In this document: positions 47,172-59,351 of the stretch, piece by piece | Position numbering within the stretch: position 1 is the stretch's first letter | Layout of the letters: every line of letters starts with the position of its first letter | NCBI GenBank assembly: GCA_030390025.1 | Contig: CM059432.1 | Coordinates: forward strand, 121,088,001 to 121,152,000 | DNA length: 64,000 nt | Origin: Squalus acanthias | Taxonomy: Eukaryota | Direction: 5' to 3' | Made by a program: the position numbers and the translations under genes | The notes under the pieces: model-generated | Told to the model about the DNA's origin: nothing | The model's database searches: none | What the model saw: only the letters and a program-made list of their open reading frames with translations

Positions 47172-47916
47172 GGCCCAGAAATTTGACTCGTAGTCTTGCC
47201 GCGGGGGTAAGGATCCCCCGCGATATCACACTCCGCGCCGGCCATTGTGTTTCGGGCCCACACGAACTTCAGCTCCCGGGCCTCTCCCTGGTGCTGGCGC
47301 GCAGTGTGTGCGTGTCCCAGAGGCGCAGTTAGTTCGATGCGACCTCTGGGATCACGTGGGGCATGGAGAGCCAATGGCAGCACACCATCTTTCATTCATA
47401 GCTTTGACAGGAGAACTGTCAAAACTATGAATACAAATTGCCCCCAAAAGAACAGCTAAACCTCAAATAAATTAAAAAAAACCCATCACATTATTAAAAT
47501 AACTATAGTTAAATAAATTAACCACTTTAAACAAAAATTTAAATTCTTTTTAAAAGTTATAAAAATAAACTTACCTTTCTTTAAAGTCTCTAAAAAAGAT
47601 AAACCTGTTGAAAAAAATTTAAAATAATACTTAATTAACTACTTACCTTGTTAAAAGGGGGTCTTACGCCTCCTTTCTTTATGTATAAAATCTTCCATAC
47701 TTACCTTCACGTTGAAACCTGAAAAAAAACCTAAGTGTGCTGCGTGCGCACAGCCTGTAGTTCGCACGCGGTTCACTTAGGAACCGCCCCCTTCGCCATA
47801 CCCGAAGTGCCGGTTTCCCGCGCATGTGCAGTGCATGCAGGAAACCGGCACTTCGGGACTGAATACGCGAGAGTGCACCGTTCGTACTCTCCCGTATTCA
47901 GCCGAATTTTTGGGCC
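47172..47916. mobile_element. Harbinger-type MITE
   Basis: TIRs GGCCCAGAAATT / AATTTTTGGGCC with a perfect 3-bp TSD AAT. Confidence 0.85.
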
Positions 47917-47929
47917 AATATGTTTTTAG

Positions 47930-48815
47930 AAATAACAACAGAAAACACTGGAAAAACTCAGCAGGCCAGGCAGCATCCGTGGAGAGAGAAACAGAGTTAA
48001 CGTTTCAGGTCGAAGACCTTTCGTCAGAATTGGAAATAGCAGGAAACTGTCCAGGGCCCCAAACACCCCTTCCAGGTGAAACAGCGATTTACTTGTACTT
48101 CCTGCAATTTAGTATACTGTATTCGCTGCTCACGATGTGGTCTCCTCTACATGGGGGAGACCAAACGCAGATTGGGTGACCGCTTTGCGGAACACCTCCG
48201 TTCAGTCCGTAAGGGGGTCCCCGAGCTCCCGGTCGCCTGTCACTTTAATTCACCGCTTCACTCCCACTCTGACCTCACCGTCCTCGGCCTATTACACTGT
48301 TCCACGGAAGCGCAGCGTAAGCTCAAGGAACAGCACCTCATCTTTCGTTTAGGCACGCTACAGCCCTCTGGACTCAATATCGAGTTCAACAATTTTAGAT
48401 CATAACCTCAGCCCCAATCACATATATATTTTATTTTTTCATCCACCCTTCTGTTTGCACCCCCCCCCTCCTTTTTTTCCCCCTCCTAGTAGCTGGCAGC
48501 TGTCCTTCATTCTGCCAGTGCATTTCACACTTCTTTTAGCCTTAACCTGTCACATTAACACCACCTCTTGCCTTGAATATCTCTTAATGTCTCTTAATGT
48601 CTCCTTTTGTTCTTTCAACCCCGCCCCCTTTTCCCAGCTTTATCCTTGCCTTAAATCTATTCCATTTCCTGCTATTTCCAGTTCTGACGAAAGGTCTTCG
48701 ACCTGAAACGTTAACTCTGTTTCTCTCTCCACGGATGCTGCCTCGCCTGCTGAGTTTTTGCAGCGTTTTCTGTTGTTATTTCGGATTTCCAGCATCTGCA
48801 GTATTTTGCTATCGT
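47930..48815 (+). mobile_element. 5'-truncated Penelope element with inverted pseudo-LTR at its 5' side
   Basis: 47930-48045 is the reverse complement of ~48665-48781. GIY-YIG ORF at 48076-48405. TSD AATATGTTTTTAG (47917-47929, 48816-48828). Confidence 0.9.
48678..48728 (+). ncRNA. Minimal hammerhead ribozyme motif
   Basis: CTGACGA-A-AGGTC TTC GACCT-GAAAC GTTAACTCT GTTTC. Confidence 0.7.
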
Positions 48816-49357
48816 AATATGTTTTTAGTTGTTGGCTGAGGGATAAACATTGGGGAGAACTCTCAAGCCATGAAATTCGGCTCCATAGCACCTGGTTTTT
48901 TGGCGCTACAGGTGCTGTTTTTGAGTCCAAAATCATGTCCGCATCGTGCACGTGCACACTTCCTGCACCAGACTCCATTTTGGTGAGGTCATTACCGCGG
49001 ACACTGGGAGCGTGCGCTGGAAGCATGCAGAATAGGCAGATCGTGACGTCAGTCAGTGTGTTACGCCGATTGATGCCAGCGCTGCCATTTTCGACCTCAA
49101 CGCTCCAGCTAACACCCTCTCTTAAGCACGCACAGCTGAACATGTGTTCAGCAGCAGGAAGGACCCACCACCCCACCAGTGCTATTTAAAGGGATCATCA
49201 ACTGCTTTCAGGCTCGTTGCTGATTGATTTCAACTGGGTCTTGGTGAGTTTGTGGAGGCGTTTGGTGATTTGTTATCTTATTTGAAGTTGCTGAAGTCTC
49301 CAGGGAGTGGTGTGGCAGCTTACTTCAAGGCTGCTGCTCAGACCAGTTGCTCCAGAC

Positions 49358-50456
49358 ATGGGTGCATTAGTTTGTATCCCCCTTGGCCAGCAGCTTGACA
49401 GGGAGAATGAGCAGAGGCGAGCCAGAGGAGGACAAGCTGCTCGAAGAGGGAGGAGGAGGAGGGGGAGTAGAGCTCTCTCAGCAGGAGGCCATATCCACCC
49501 AGAGTCTTCAGGGAGCAATTCTCCTACCTTAGCCTCAGCGAGGAACAGTGCATGCGACATCTCCGCTTCACTAAGGAGGTGCTCACTGAAATCTGCCACC
49601 TATTACAGGCAGAACTGCAGCCTCAGAGCAGGGTGAGGACAGCATTGCCAGTGGCTTTGAGGGTGAGAGTGGCCATGAATTTTTATGCGTCGGGTTCCTT
49701 CCAGGTTGGAGCAGGCGAAATTTCCAACATCTCCCTGTCTGCTGTGCACTGTTGCATAAGGCTCTGTATGCAAAGATAGGAGAATACATTTGCTAGAGAG
49801 AGGCAGGCAGAGTGAGCATGCAGCTTTGCCAGGATAGCAGGCTTCCCCATGGTGCAGGGTGCCATTGAGTGCACACACGTCGCTTTGTGGGCGCTGCATG
49901 TGAATTCGGAGATGTACCACAACCGGAAGGGATTCCACTCCCTCAAGTCCAGCTGTGTGCGACCATACTCAGCGCATCATGCAGGTTAATGCTCGGCATC
50001 CTGGCAGCAGTCATGACCCTTCATTTTGTGGCAGTCCGCTGTACCATCTGCATTTGAGCCACCACAACAAACCAGAGGGTGACTACTGCGCAACAAAGGC
50101 TATCCACTGACCACCTGGCTCATGACTCCGGTGCAGTATGTATATAACAAAAGCCATGCTGCCACACAAAATGTGATCGAGCAGACCATTGGCGTACTTA
50201 AACAATGCTTCCACTACCTGGACCGCTGTGGAGGAGCCCTGCAGTACTCACCAGAGTGTGTCTCAAGATTTGTCGTGGTCTGCTGCACGCTGCACACCCT
50301 CAGCATCATGAGGGCACAGCCCTTGCCAGGAGGTATACGGTGAAGTGCTGAGGAGGAGGAGGAGGAGGAAGAAAAGGAGGAAGGGAAGAGTCAATTAACA
50401 CAGCCCCTTTCTGGCGGGCTGCACGTGATCGACTCATCTGGCTGCAGTGCCAGTGA
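49358..50456 (+). pseudogene. Harbinger DDE transposase, frameshifted
   Basis: LRFTKEVLTEICHLL, NFYASGSFQ, VQGAIECTHV, NRKGFHSL, NARHPGSSHD, KGYPL, VIEQTIGVLKQ, followed by a Glu-rich tail. Confidence 0.88.
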
Positions 50457-50625
50457 ACGCAACCCCAATTCCCCCTTCACCAACAGTCTCATACCTTACC
50501 TTCCCTCTGTTACCGACCATCACAGCGTCCTCTTGGCCACAATGCTACAATTAAAGCCACCACAAAACAAACATTCCAAAACAAAATTATAAATCAAACC
50601 GTCCAGTATTACATACCAAAGTTGA

Positions 50626-51350
50626 CTAATCACCCTTGTCCATTTCCTTAGTGCCTGTCTTCCGTGTGCCTTTGCCTGTCCTAGTGCTCCTATGCAGTGC
50701 TATCCAAGTGCCTGCAGCATGGTTGGTGGAAGGCTGCTGACTTTTAGTGGGGGAGACTGCAGATATTCTTGGAGGACAACCTTGTGCAGCTGTGGGCCTA
50801 GAAGGAACAGCTTCAGATAGCACCATCTTGGCATGGGCGGCAGCAGTCCGAGCCGGCTGGCTGACAGGCAAAAGCAAGGGCACTGGCAGAATGGCAGGAT
50901 GAATGCTGTTATCCTGAGAGAAGACAACAGGTTTGTGCTCCACGGAGCCACTGCCACTCCCCCGGGGCGGCGCCTCAGCAATCCTAGTAATCTGTTGGAA
51001 GACAGATTGCTGGACTGCTGTGACACCCTGCAAGCCCCTTTCAACACTGGTAACCATAGCCACAATGGCAGCAAGCTGAGCTTGGGTAACTTCAGTCTGA
51101 GCTTCCACTGCAGCACTCAGACGTTGGGTGGTTTCTGCTTGTGCTGCAATGCAAGTTGAGATAACAGCCATCAGACGCTGCATCATGGTTGGGTCTACAA
51201 GTACACTAATGGAGTTGGCCAACACTTCCATCCTGGAAAGGATGGGCTTCAAGCTCTGTGCAAAACTCCTCCATGCTCTTTGACATTGCACTCAGGCTTT
51301 CTGACAGGCCTGCTAATGCACCAAGCATTTCATCATGCAAACCCATCAGC
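50626..51350 (-). pseudogene. Last exon of the Harbinger Myb/SANT partner gene
   Basis: A 221-aa Ala/Gln-rich helical then Pro/Ser-rich frame convergent with the transposase. Its C-terminus matches 19652-19740. Confidence 0.6.
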
Positions 51351-51609
51351 CTTCTTTGTAGGCCGCCCCATCGAAGAGGGCAGACAGTGGACTCAGTTTA
51401 TCATCTCATCCGAAAGACGGCACCTCCGACAGTACAGCACTCATTCAGTGGAAGTGTCAGCCTAGATTTTGTGATCAAGTCTCTGGAGTGGGATTTGGAC
51501 TCACAACCATCTGACTCAGAGGTGAGAGTGCTGCAGCTGAGCCACGACTGATACGGCTAATGCACGATAATCAACAATGATTAAGAAGACAATTCCGGTG
51601 AACTAGATG

Positions 51610-51765
51610 ACACACCAGGCTTTTACTTCTGGGATCTAAGATGAGCCCAGCAGTGACTGATAGGAGGAAAGATTCCTCTCACTGTTGGCTGTAAGTATAT
51701 TATATAGTTCATGTTTTGGTAGCCTCAACCCAGTTCCTAGTGGGCATGGTTCCAGAACACAAGGC
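51610..51765 (+). mobile_element. Possible LF-SINE-related ancient fragment
   Basis: CTCAACCCAGTTCCTAGTGGGCATGGTTCCAGAACACAA resembles the LF-SINE core as I recall it. This is not verified. Confidence 0.35.
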
Positions 51766-54329
51766 TGTCCATAGTATAGAAGTCACAGGAATGGCCGATG
51801 TTGAAAACATTCCATTAGAGGATGTCTTCTAAGGTTAGCACTGCCATTATAACACATTGCTGTGATAAAGCAAAGGAATTTATACCTGAATCAGGAGTGC
51901 TTGAACTGGGGATGGATGCCAAAAATGGAAAAAAGATGTTCCCTATTCTCTACCACTGGCATCTTAATCTTGATAAGCACAAAATTCACCCCCTCCCAAA
52001 AACATGGCCTTTAGGAATTTGTATGGGACAACCCTAATGGAACAATTAATAATAATCTTACCATGGTCTCTCAACAAGATTAGTACATTACCACCAAGAG
52101 CAATTGTAAGGAATTTGCTACGGACATTTAGCGACAGCCATCACACTTCAGAGAAGCTAGGAGCTCAATGTATGCAAATTAAAACCTTACAGCTGTATAA
52201 CAGGAACCTCTCTCCTTTGGTTAGAGCTAAGTTGCATTTCTGCAAATATTGCAAAGGGAGCCAGATAATTTGACTGATCCATGACCCAGAAAAGCCCACT
52301 ATTGTACCAGATAGCACTAGCAGCTAAGTAAATGGAAGTTTCATTCAATGCCACTGTCACTCCTCAACTTAATGAGTACTCAAAATAAGAGACGGACTTG
52401 TAACCAAAAGCGGATGATTGTCATGTAATTCAGTAGTGAATTCTTCATCGGCTGATATGGTATTTCCAAACATTACAGCAATGCTAATTACTACGGGCTG
52501 CCTGCTGTCAAGTAAAGAACTAAAAAGCTTTGCAATTATTTGGCCATCAAAGAAGAATTTTCTGAGGAATCTATTTTTACGGTTTCCTTTCATTTTCAAC
52601 TCAGTGTAGATTGTTCACATGAATCGGAGAGATCGTCTGAGGATGTGCTTTGACAAGCTGGCACAACAGTGTTAAAATAACTAAAATTAATAAATATTGA
52701 ATGCAGTTGCAAAAGTCATGGAAAACGCATCATCCTTGAAAATGACAGGCTTTGTATGCAAAAAGAACAGCTGAAACTGGAGGTGGGTGTTTCTTGTATT
52801 TCCATTGGTGGCATTGTTTCAATCTCCATAGCAACCAGAATTCTCTAATTGTGGCCTCTGTAACGGTATATAATTTTATTATTACGTTAGTTAAAAAGAG
52901 TTAGAAAGAGTTTTCTGCAAGTCAAGACTATAGTCATGAGGCTCTCATGGACTTGTCATTCAGTTTTCCTATTGCTACCTTGCAGTGACTGTTGCTTCAG
53001 ACAGTTTTGGAATATCAAATAGAAAATTTGATTATCTATCTGACTATTGTTGATTATTGTTATTATAAGTACAGGACTAATTTACAATGACTCAAAGCTA
53101 ACATTTGATGAATTTTAATAAGTTTTGTGACATATTTTGAATAATCCTGGGGTAAAACGCATTATAATACTGCAAAATAACTACATATCTCATCTACAGT
53201 GGACCTGTCTGCAGTTTGCTTCAGCAATTCAAGTGACTACATCTTTGCCATGATCTTCCTCCAGTTGACATGATCTTCCTCCAGTTGACCTTTATATTAA
53301 AGTCATCACTTTCAGTAACAGGCAGTATATAACTTGTGGAAAGCTAAAGACAAGCTATCTGGTGACATGGTTGGTGAATGCACTGCCCAATGTGTTACTA
53401 AACCATACAGACCAAGATCAATCCAGAATCTGTGCTGGTTTATCTTAATTTGAGCCAGGCTGTTACAATTCTCCTTAGTGCTCTTTGGCTGTGAGGAGAT
53501 GGAGAGGGAGGAATGGCATTCCTGATCGCTATTAATTGACCATGGCGATGTGGGCATTGCGGGCCTGAAAATCCACAGAGGTTTCACTGGTCTCCTGCCA
53601 AGTGTCTGCCAGTTCCATGATTTTCCATATGCTTACTATAGGGTGGAACCCTTGCCTATCCCTCCCAAGGCAAATATCATCAGGGGACAGAAACAGGGGC
53701 AGGGACCCCTGTGACAGGAGTTCCTGCTTCTGGCGATTCATCTGAAACCTGGTGTAGCTTTGGAAGTTGGGGTGAGGTGTTCCAGCATCCAGATGAGCAT
53801 ATGTGGGCTCCACTGTGGTGGGGTGTGGGAAGTCCAGGCCAGGACCCTTGAAGAAAGATTTATTCTTAAAATAAAAAAACATGGTCTGGATTTTTACCAA
53901 AGATAAATGGCTGGGGTGTGGAGGGGGCTGGTGGGCTGGATTTTCCAGTTGCAAGGAGCAGACAGGCACCAGAAGTATGCCCATGATGGTGCTTGCACCT
54001 GCCTGCCCAAGCAAAATGATGTGCCCTCTCATTGACTCCACAAACACCAGTGAGGTCAATGCTGGAGGACAGTGGTGGGCACAATGAAGACAGTTGGTTA
54101 TGGTGCCTACATGCCCAGCACAGTTGAACACCCTGCCAACATTCAGTATCTAGGCTCAAAACTGAAGAATAGCCACTTGTGTTAGGTACCACATTGCTGC
54201 TGCTGGCCGACAACCGTACTCCGGCAAAAGTCAGTGACTTCAGCACAGCAGGGGAGAGCAGTGGAAATAAAAGTGAGGAGCTTTAGCCAAGCCCATCGGG
54301 AAAGAGCTACAGAGGCAGTTGGTTCCAGG

Positions 54330-54970
54330 GTGATGATGCATCACTGATGGAGTACAAATACACAATTCACTAAAAGCAGTGACGCAGGCTAATAAGGCCA
54401 TAAAAAAAAGCAGACCAAGCACTAGAGTTTATTTCTAGAGGGATTGAATTGAAAAGTAGAGAAGTTATGCGAAACTTGTCTTGAACCTTGGTTAGACCAC
54501 ACTTGGAGTACTGCGTACAATTCTGGTTGCCATATTATAAAAAGGATATAGAGGCAATGGAGAGGGTGCATAAAAGATTTACAAGGATGATACAAGAAGT
54601 GCGAGGTTATACCTATCAGGAAAGGATGAACAGGCTGGGTCTCTTTTCTCTTGATAGAGGTCTTTAAAATTCTGATAGAGGCCATCAATATAAGATAGTC
54701 ACCAAAAAATCAAATAGGGAATTCAGAAGAAACTTCTTTATTACCCAGAGGGTAGTGAGAATGTGGAACTCGCTACCACAGGGAGTGTTTGAAGCGAATA
54801 GTATGGATGCATTTAAGGGGAGGCTAGATAAGCATATGAGGGAGAAGGGAATAGAGGGTTATGCTGATAGAGTTAGATGGTGAAAGACAGGAGGAGGCTC
54901 GAGTGGAGCGTAAACGCCAGCATGGACTGGTTGGACCGATTGGCCTGTTTCTGTGCTGTATATCCTACAT
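54330..54970 (+). mobile_element. CR1 LINE 3' fragment
   Basis: LVRPHLEYCVQFW.P.YKKDI...ERV...FTR and RVVRMWNSLP, followed by a CR1-type 3' UTR. Confidence 0.85.
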
Positions 54971-56379
54971 AATGATGGTTTCGGATGTAGAGGTAGCAGT
55001 TATGATAGGGTGAGCAGTGGTAAATCCATGCGCACTGTGAACTAGCTGGAGGAGAAGAGCAGCCACAGATTAGGGCTGTGATTGAATGTTGGATTGCTCA
55101 AGTCATCAAATTGGATATTTGGCTACCAGATGTATATCCATACATGGTGACAAGCCCGGATATCTTTTATGAGTTGCACATTTTAAAGGGAGCAGTCATA
55201 AACTAGCAGGAGCACCAGCAACAACATGAGCTTTCTCTTTGCCAGCAAGAACAAGGTGTTGTTCTGTCTAAGAAAACAATGATATCCTGCAGATGGAGAA
55301 AACTTTATTGCATTTGATTCCATTTTATACACAGGTCAAACATATGACAAGTTGACTGAGGTGTGAACAAATACTAAAATGCAATATTTTACCATTTTAT
55401 TTACTTTATTGTAATTTATTTTATTTCAATCATTCTGCAGCAGGTCTCGTAGCAGCTGGAAAATGAAAGGCAGATTAACATTTTGGTTGGAGCCCTTTCA
55501 TCAGAGTTAGAAAAGGGATTGCAGTTAAGGCCCTATACAGCAATGAGCAAAACAAAGATGGCGGGATGGGGTGTGGGGGTGTGGAAGCAGAACAATCGTA
55601 GATCAAGGCGTCCAAAAAGCCCTGGCCATTCTGGCTTACTATCACCATAAATTCAGCAGGAATCTGCCAGAATGACCAAAAAGTTGGTCTGGGTCCTGGC
55701 CTTATGCTAGAGTTTCCACATGGTTTGTTGGGGGCAGAGCCACCTGCCTGAAACATTGCCATTAGCATAGGAAGGAGAGGGGCTTGAAGCATATTGGGAG
55801 TTCCCAAGCCCCAGGCCCACAGTGGGATCCAACGTATGTCAGTGGAGGTATGCTTCATCAGACCCGACATACCTTGCTGATTGGGGTGGAAATGAGGTCC
55901 ACCTTGGAGTCCGGACTGGGAGCAAGACCTGGAACCCCAAATTTATTGTGCAAAAGGAGGCTGCAGAGGCAGCTAGATCTTCTTACTTGGTGGGGGTGGG
56001 TGCTGAAATACCACCGACCAGTCCTTCTCCGCTAGACTTTCCAACAGCTTTACCATGGTGGGTGCCCAGATGTGCCTCTAATGGTGTGGTGCCTGCTATT
56101 GGCAAGCAAATCAGAGAACCTCCCCTGACCCCCGGAATCCCACCAGGATCAGCAGTGGAGGTTTCCCGCAGACACATCCCAGCACTTATACCGAGATGCG
56201 CCCCATTGTGGATTTTCGGAATCCAAGTGTGAGGTATACTTAATAGTATTACAAATAGTCAGCAAACATATATTAGAAAATAGCACAAAAGCAATGAAAA
56301 GTGATGAATAATCGACAAATATTATCAGACTGCAAAAGGGCATTAAAAAGACAAAAAGTGAATAAAACTGCTCCAAAAT

Positions 56380-56730
56380 ACCATCTACAAGATGCACTGC
56401 AGCAACTTGCCAGGGCTTCTTTGGCAGCACCTCCCAAACCCGCGACCTCTTCCACCTCGAAGGACAAGGGCAGCAGGTGCATGGGAACACCAGCACCTCC
56501 AAGTCACACACCATCCTGACTTAGAAGTATATCGCTGATCCTTCATCGTTGCTGGGTCAAAATCCTTGAACTCCCTACCTAACAGCACTGTGGGAGTACC
56601 TTAACCACACGGACTGCAGCGATTCAAGAAAGCGGCTCACCACCACCTTCTCAAGGGCAACTAGGGATGGGCAATAAATGTTGGCCTTGCCAGAGATGCC
56701 CACATCCCATAAGCGAATAAAAAAAAAAAA
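56380..56730 (+). mobile_element. LINE 3' end copy (family of 33036-33468)
   Basis: Direct similarity to that copy, with a poly-A end. Confidence 0.8.
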
Positions 56731-57246
56731 CTTAATTGCATTTCATTCTAATATTTTTATTAGACTTGTACAGAATAATGTCCTCTCAGCCCCATCTGTA
56801 CCCAGAGGCCAACAGCCCAGGAGCCCATCCAGGGGAAGAATGCACAATGTTACAGATACAGACCTCCAAGGAGGAGGAGGTTGAAGGCAGGAGGAACAGA
56901 GTCCTGGGTGTGGGTGCCACCAAGCCTGTCAGGAATGTAACTTGTGCCACCAGGAGGGAGGTAGCACTGGTACTGAGTGCCAACTCCTTCATCTCCAGGA
57001 CTGCAGAAAGGGTGCTACAGAAAGATTAACTATCTCACAGGGGTTGGCAAGGTGGTACACTCTCTCTTTTTCTTCCTTGCCCACCTAGGGCACCAGAACA
57101 CACTTTACCCTATTCAACCAGCATTTGTAGAAATAGCTCTTCAAGGTGCATGCTGGTTAGGGGTGACTCCAACTCGGTATTCTAAAATGTGACTATACAG
57201 CTCCCATAACATCAAACACCCTTTCCTCCATTTTAGCAGCCTCATT

Positions 57247-57570
57247 TCTTCGACAGCACCTCCCAAACCCGCGACCTCTACCACCTAGGAGGTCAAGGGC
57301 AGCAGGCGCATGGGAACACCACCACCTCCAAGTTCCCCTCCAAGTCACACACCATCCTGACTTGGAAATATATCGCCGTTCCTTCATCGTCGCTGGGTCA
57401 AAATCGTGGAACTCCCTCCCTAACAGCACTGTGGGAGTACCTTCGCCACACGGACTGCAGCGGTTTAAGACGGTGGCTCACCACCACCTTCTCAAGGGCA
57501 ATTAGGGATGAGCAATAAATTCTGGCCTTGCCAGCGACGCCCACATCCCAGGAACGAATGAAAAAAAAAA
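57247..57570 (+). mobile_element. LINE 3' end copy (family of 33036-33468)
   Basis: Direct similarity to that copy, with a poly-A end. Confidence 0.8.
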
Positions 57571-59351
57571 CACATCTCATATGTCAGCTCGCTTGTGTCA
57601 CCTGACATACACTCAACTGCCAGCCTTCGCACGATCTTTTTGCAGGACACTTTGATGTACAATGCCTGGCAAAGGCAGGTAACTGGAGGGGCCTCCTCAC
57701 CTTTAATACATCTCACATCCTACAAGGAGAAGGTCATGGAGCTCATGCCGAGGCACTCTGCTCTTTCGTGGGAGATGGTGAGGTCAGTGGTATCTTGTGG
57801 GCACTGGGTCAGTAACCGAGTGCCCACAGTCTCACCCTGGCATTGCACCAGTTGCAGAAAACACTAATGAAACTCTCCAACCTTGAGAGGCTCAAAAACT
57901 CCTCATTTCCACCTGTCTCAGCTGATGCTGCACCTTAATATTCTCAATCTAAGTTACCAGAGTGCGTTACGAGTGTCAGAGCAGCATCACTGACCCTCAG
58001 TATAATATATGTAAATGAGACCACTAGAGAATCAGTGGATGGATCACGTGAAAAGTGCGAGGGAGCTTGGAGCTAGCGATTTTATGACAAAAAAAAATCT
58101 GCAGAAACAGCTTCTTCCCGATTTTCCGGCCACAAAAAATTACTTGCTGCAATTATGCACCGGAAATGCACTAAAAACAGTGAGGAAATTCACTCTCTGG
58201 TCTTTACAGGATGGGTGTGAGTTCATCAGCTGCTGGCTAAAAAATCATGAACACCTCCAACAGCCAAACACTGTGGCCCACAGTTCTCGGGTCTGCTGTA
58301 CCATTGGAAGGGCAGCAGAGTGGGGGACCATTGACCTTCGCTCCTGATCCCACCACAGCATGCAAGGTCTGGGTGGGGCCATAGTATTTAAATAATTTAG
58401 ACAGATACCCGCACCGTGGTCACATCTGGGAGCCAACATGATGCCCCCACCCCCATAAGAGGACTGATCAAAAACATTTGTCATCATCAATTCCCAGGTC
58501 TTCCAGTCCATGGCCCTCCTCAGGAGACTTCGGAGGACACCGCGCCCAACCCTATAATGACCTGGCTGTCGGGTTGCTCCAGGTGTCCAGATCGCAGGAT
58601 GGATAGGAGGCGGGAGAGGCAGGAACTTCAGAGAGGAAGTCCCTCTGTCGGCCCTGCCTCCTGTGGTGTCACGGACATGCTGCAGTCTCCGTCGGTAACG
58701 GGCTACAGAGTTTCATATGGGCGGAGACCGGGACTCTTTGGTTTTCCACCCCCTCTGGGCTTCTGGTGCCAAATTTAGCCCTGTGCTAGTCGCAGCACTG
58801 CCTCGTTTACATTGCTTAGGTCGCCATCAATGACAGAGCTGCTGTTGACAGCAAGGCAGCTAAGCAAATGCACCATTAGACAGTCTCTGGTTGCTTGGTT
58901 ACAGACTCGCTACTAAGCTAACAAAGGGTTGCATGCTGTTGATGCCGATAATATCTCAGTGTTAACTCTCACTGTGAAGTGTTGCTCTTTATTGGTCAAA
59001 AGTGATGTTATGAGATATAAAATACCACCCTTACTTCAGATTCCCAGCTTCTGACAGAAAAAGCACAGCGCTTTCCTTTGGGTGGTACGATTGAGGTAGA
59101 ATGGGCATCTAAGAGCAGCCGCGCACTGCAGAAAATTCCTACAATTCTTTTGTCTTTTCTGTTTAGTGTAAACTAAAATATTCTGAAGGAATGCTGTGAG
59201 CCCATTATGGATCACTTTAAGGATTATTAGTATGGGCCATGTTTAATAAGTCCTTTGATGTGGCACAAACTCAGTCACGCATTTCCCAGGGCTCAACAGC
59301 CTATAATACTGCAAATATTATTAACTCTTAAAGGGCCCTCAATGGCCTTTC

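Larger units (their letters stand above)
48867..51368 (+). mobile_element. Harbinger element, right end missing
   Basis: Transposase (+) converges on a Myb-gene last exon (-). It is homologous to 19652-24060. Confidence 0.85.
47005..51552 (-). mobile_element. Deu-type SINE split into pieces (47005-47171, 47917-47929, 48816-48865, ~51370-51552) by three insertions
   Basis: Tail at 47005 and a tRNA-like head on the minus strand near 51480-51552. The pieces join into one continuous SINE. Confidence 0.75.

Noticed and set aside
49358..51350. Domesticated HARBI1/NAIF1 host genes
   Set aside because: There are multiple frameshifts and stops, an altered first catalytic motif, and several related degenerate copies in the window.
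53249..53289. 20-bp tandem duplication CATGATCTTCCTCCAGTTGA
   Set aside because: It is real but an ordinary isolated slippage event with no associated structure.
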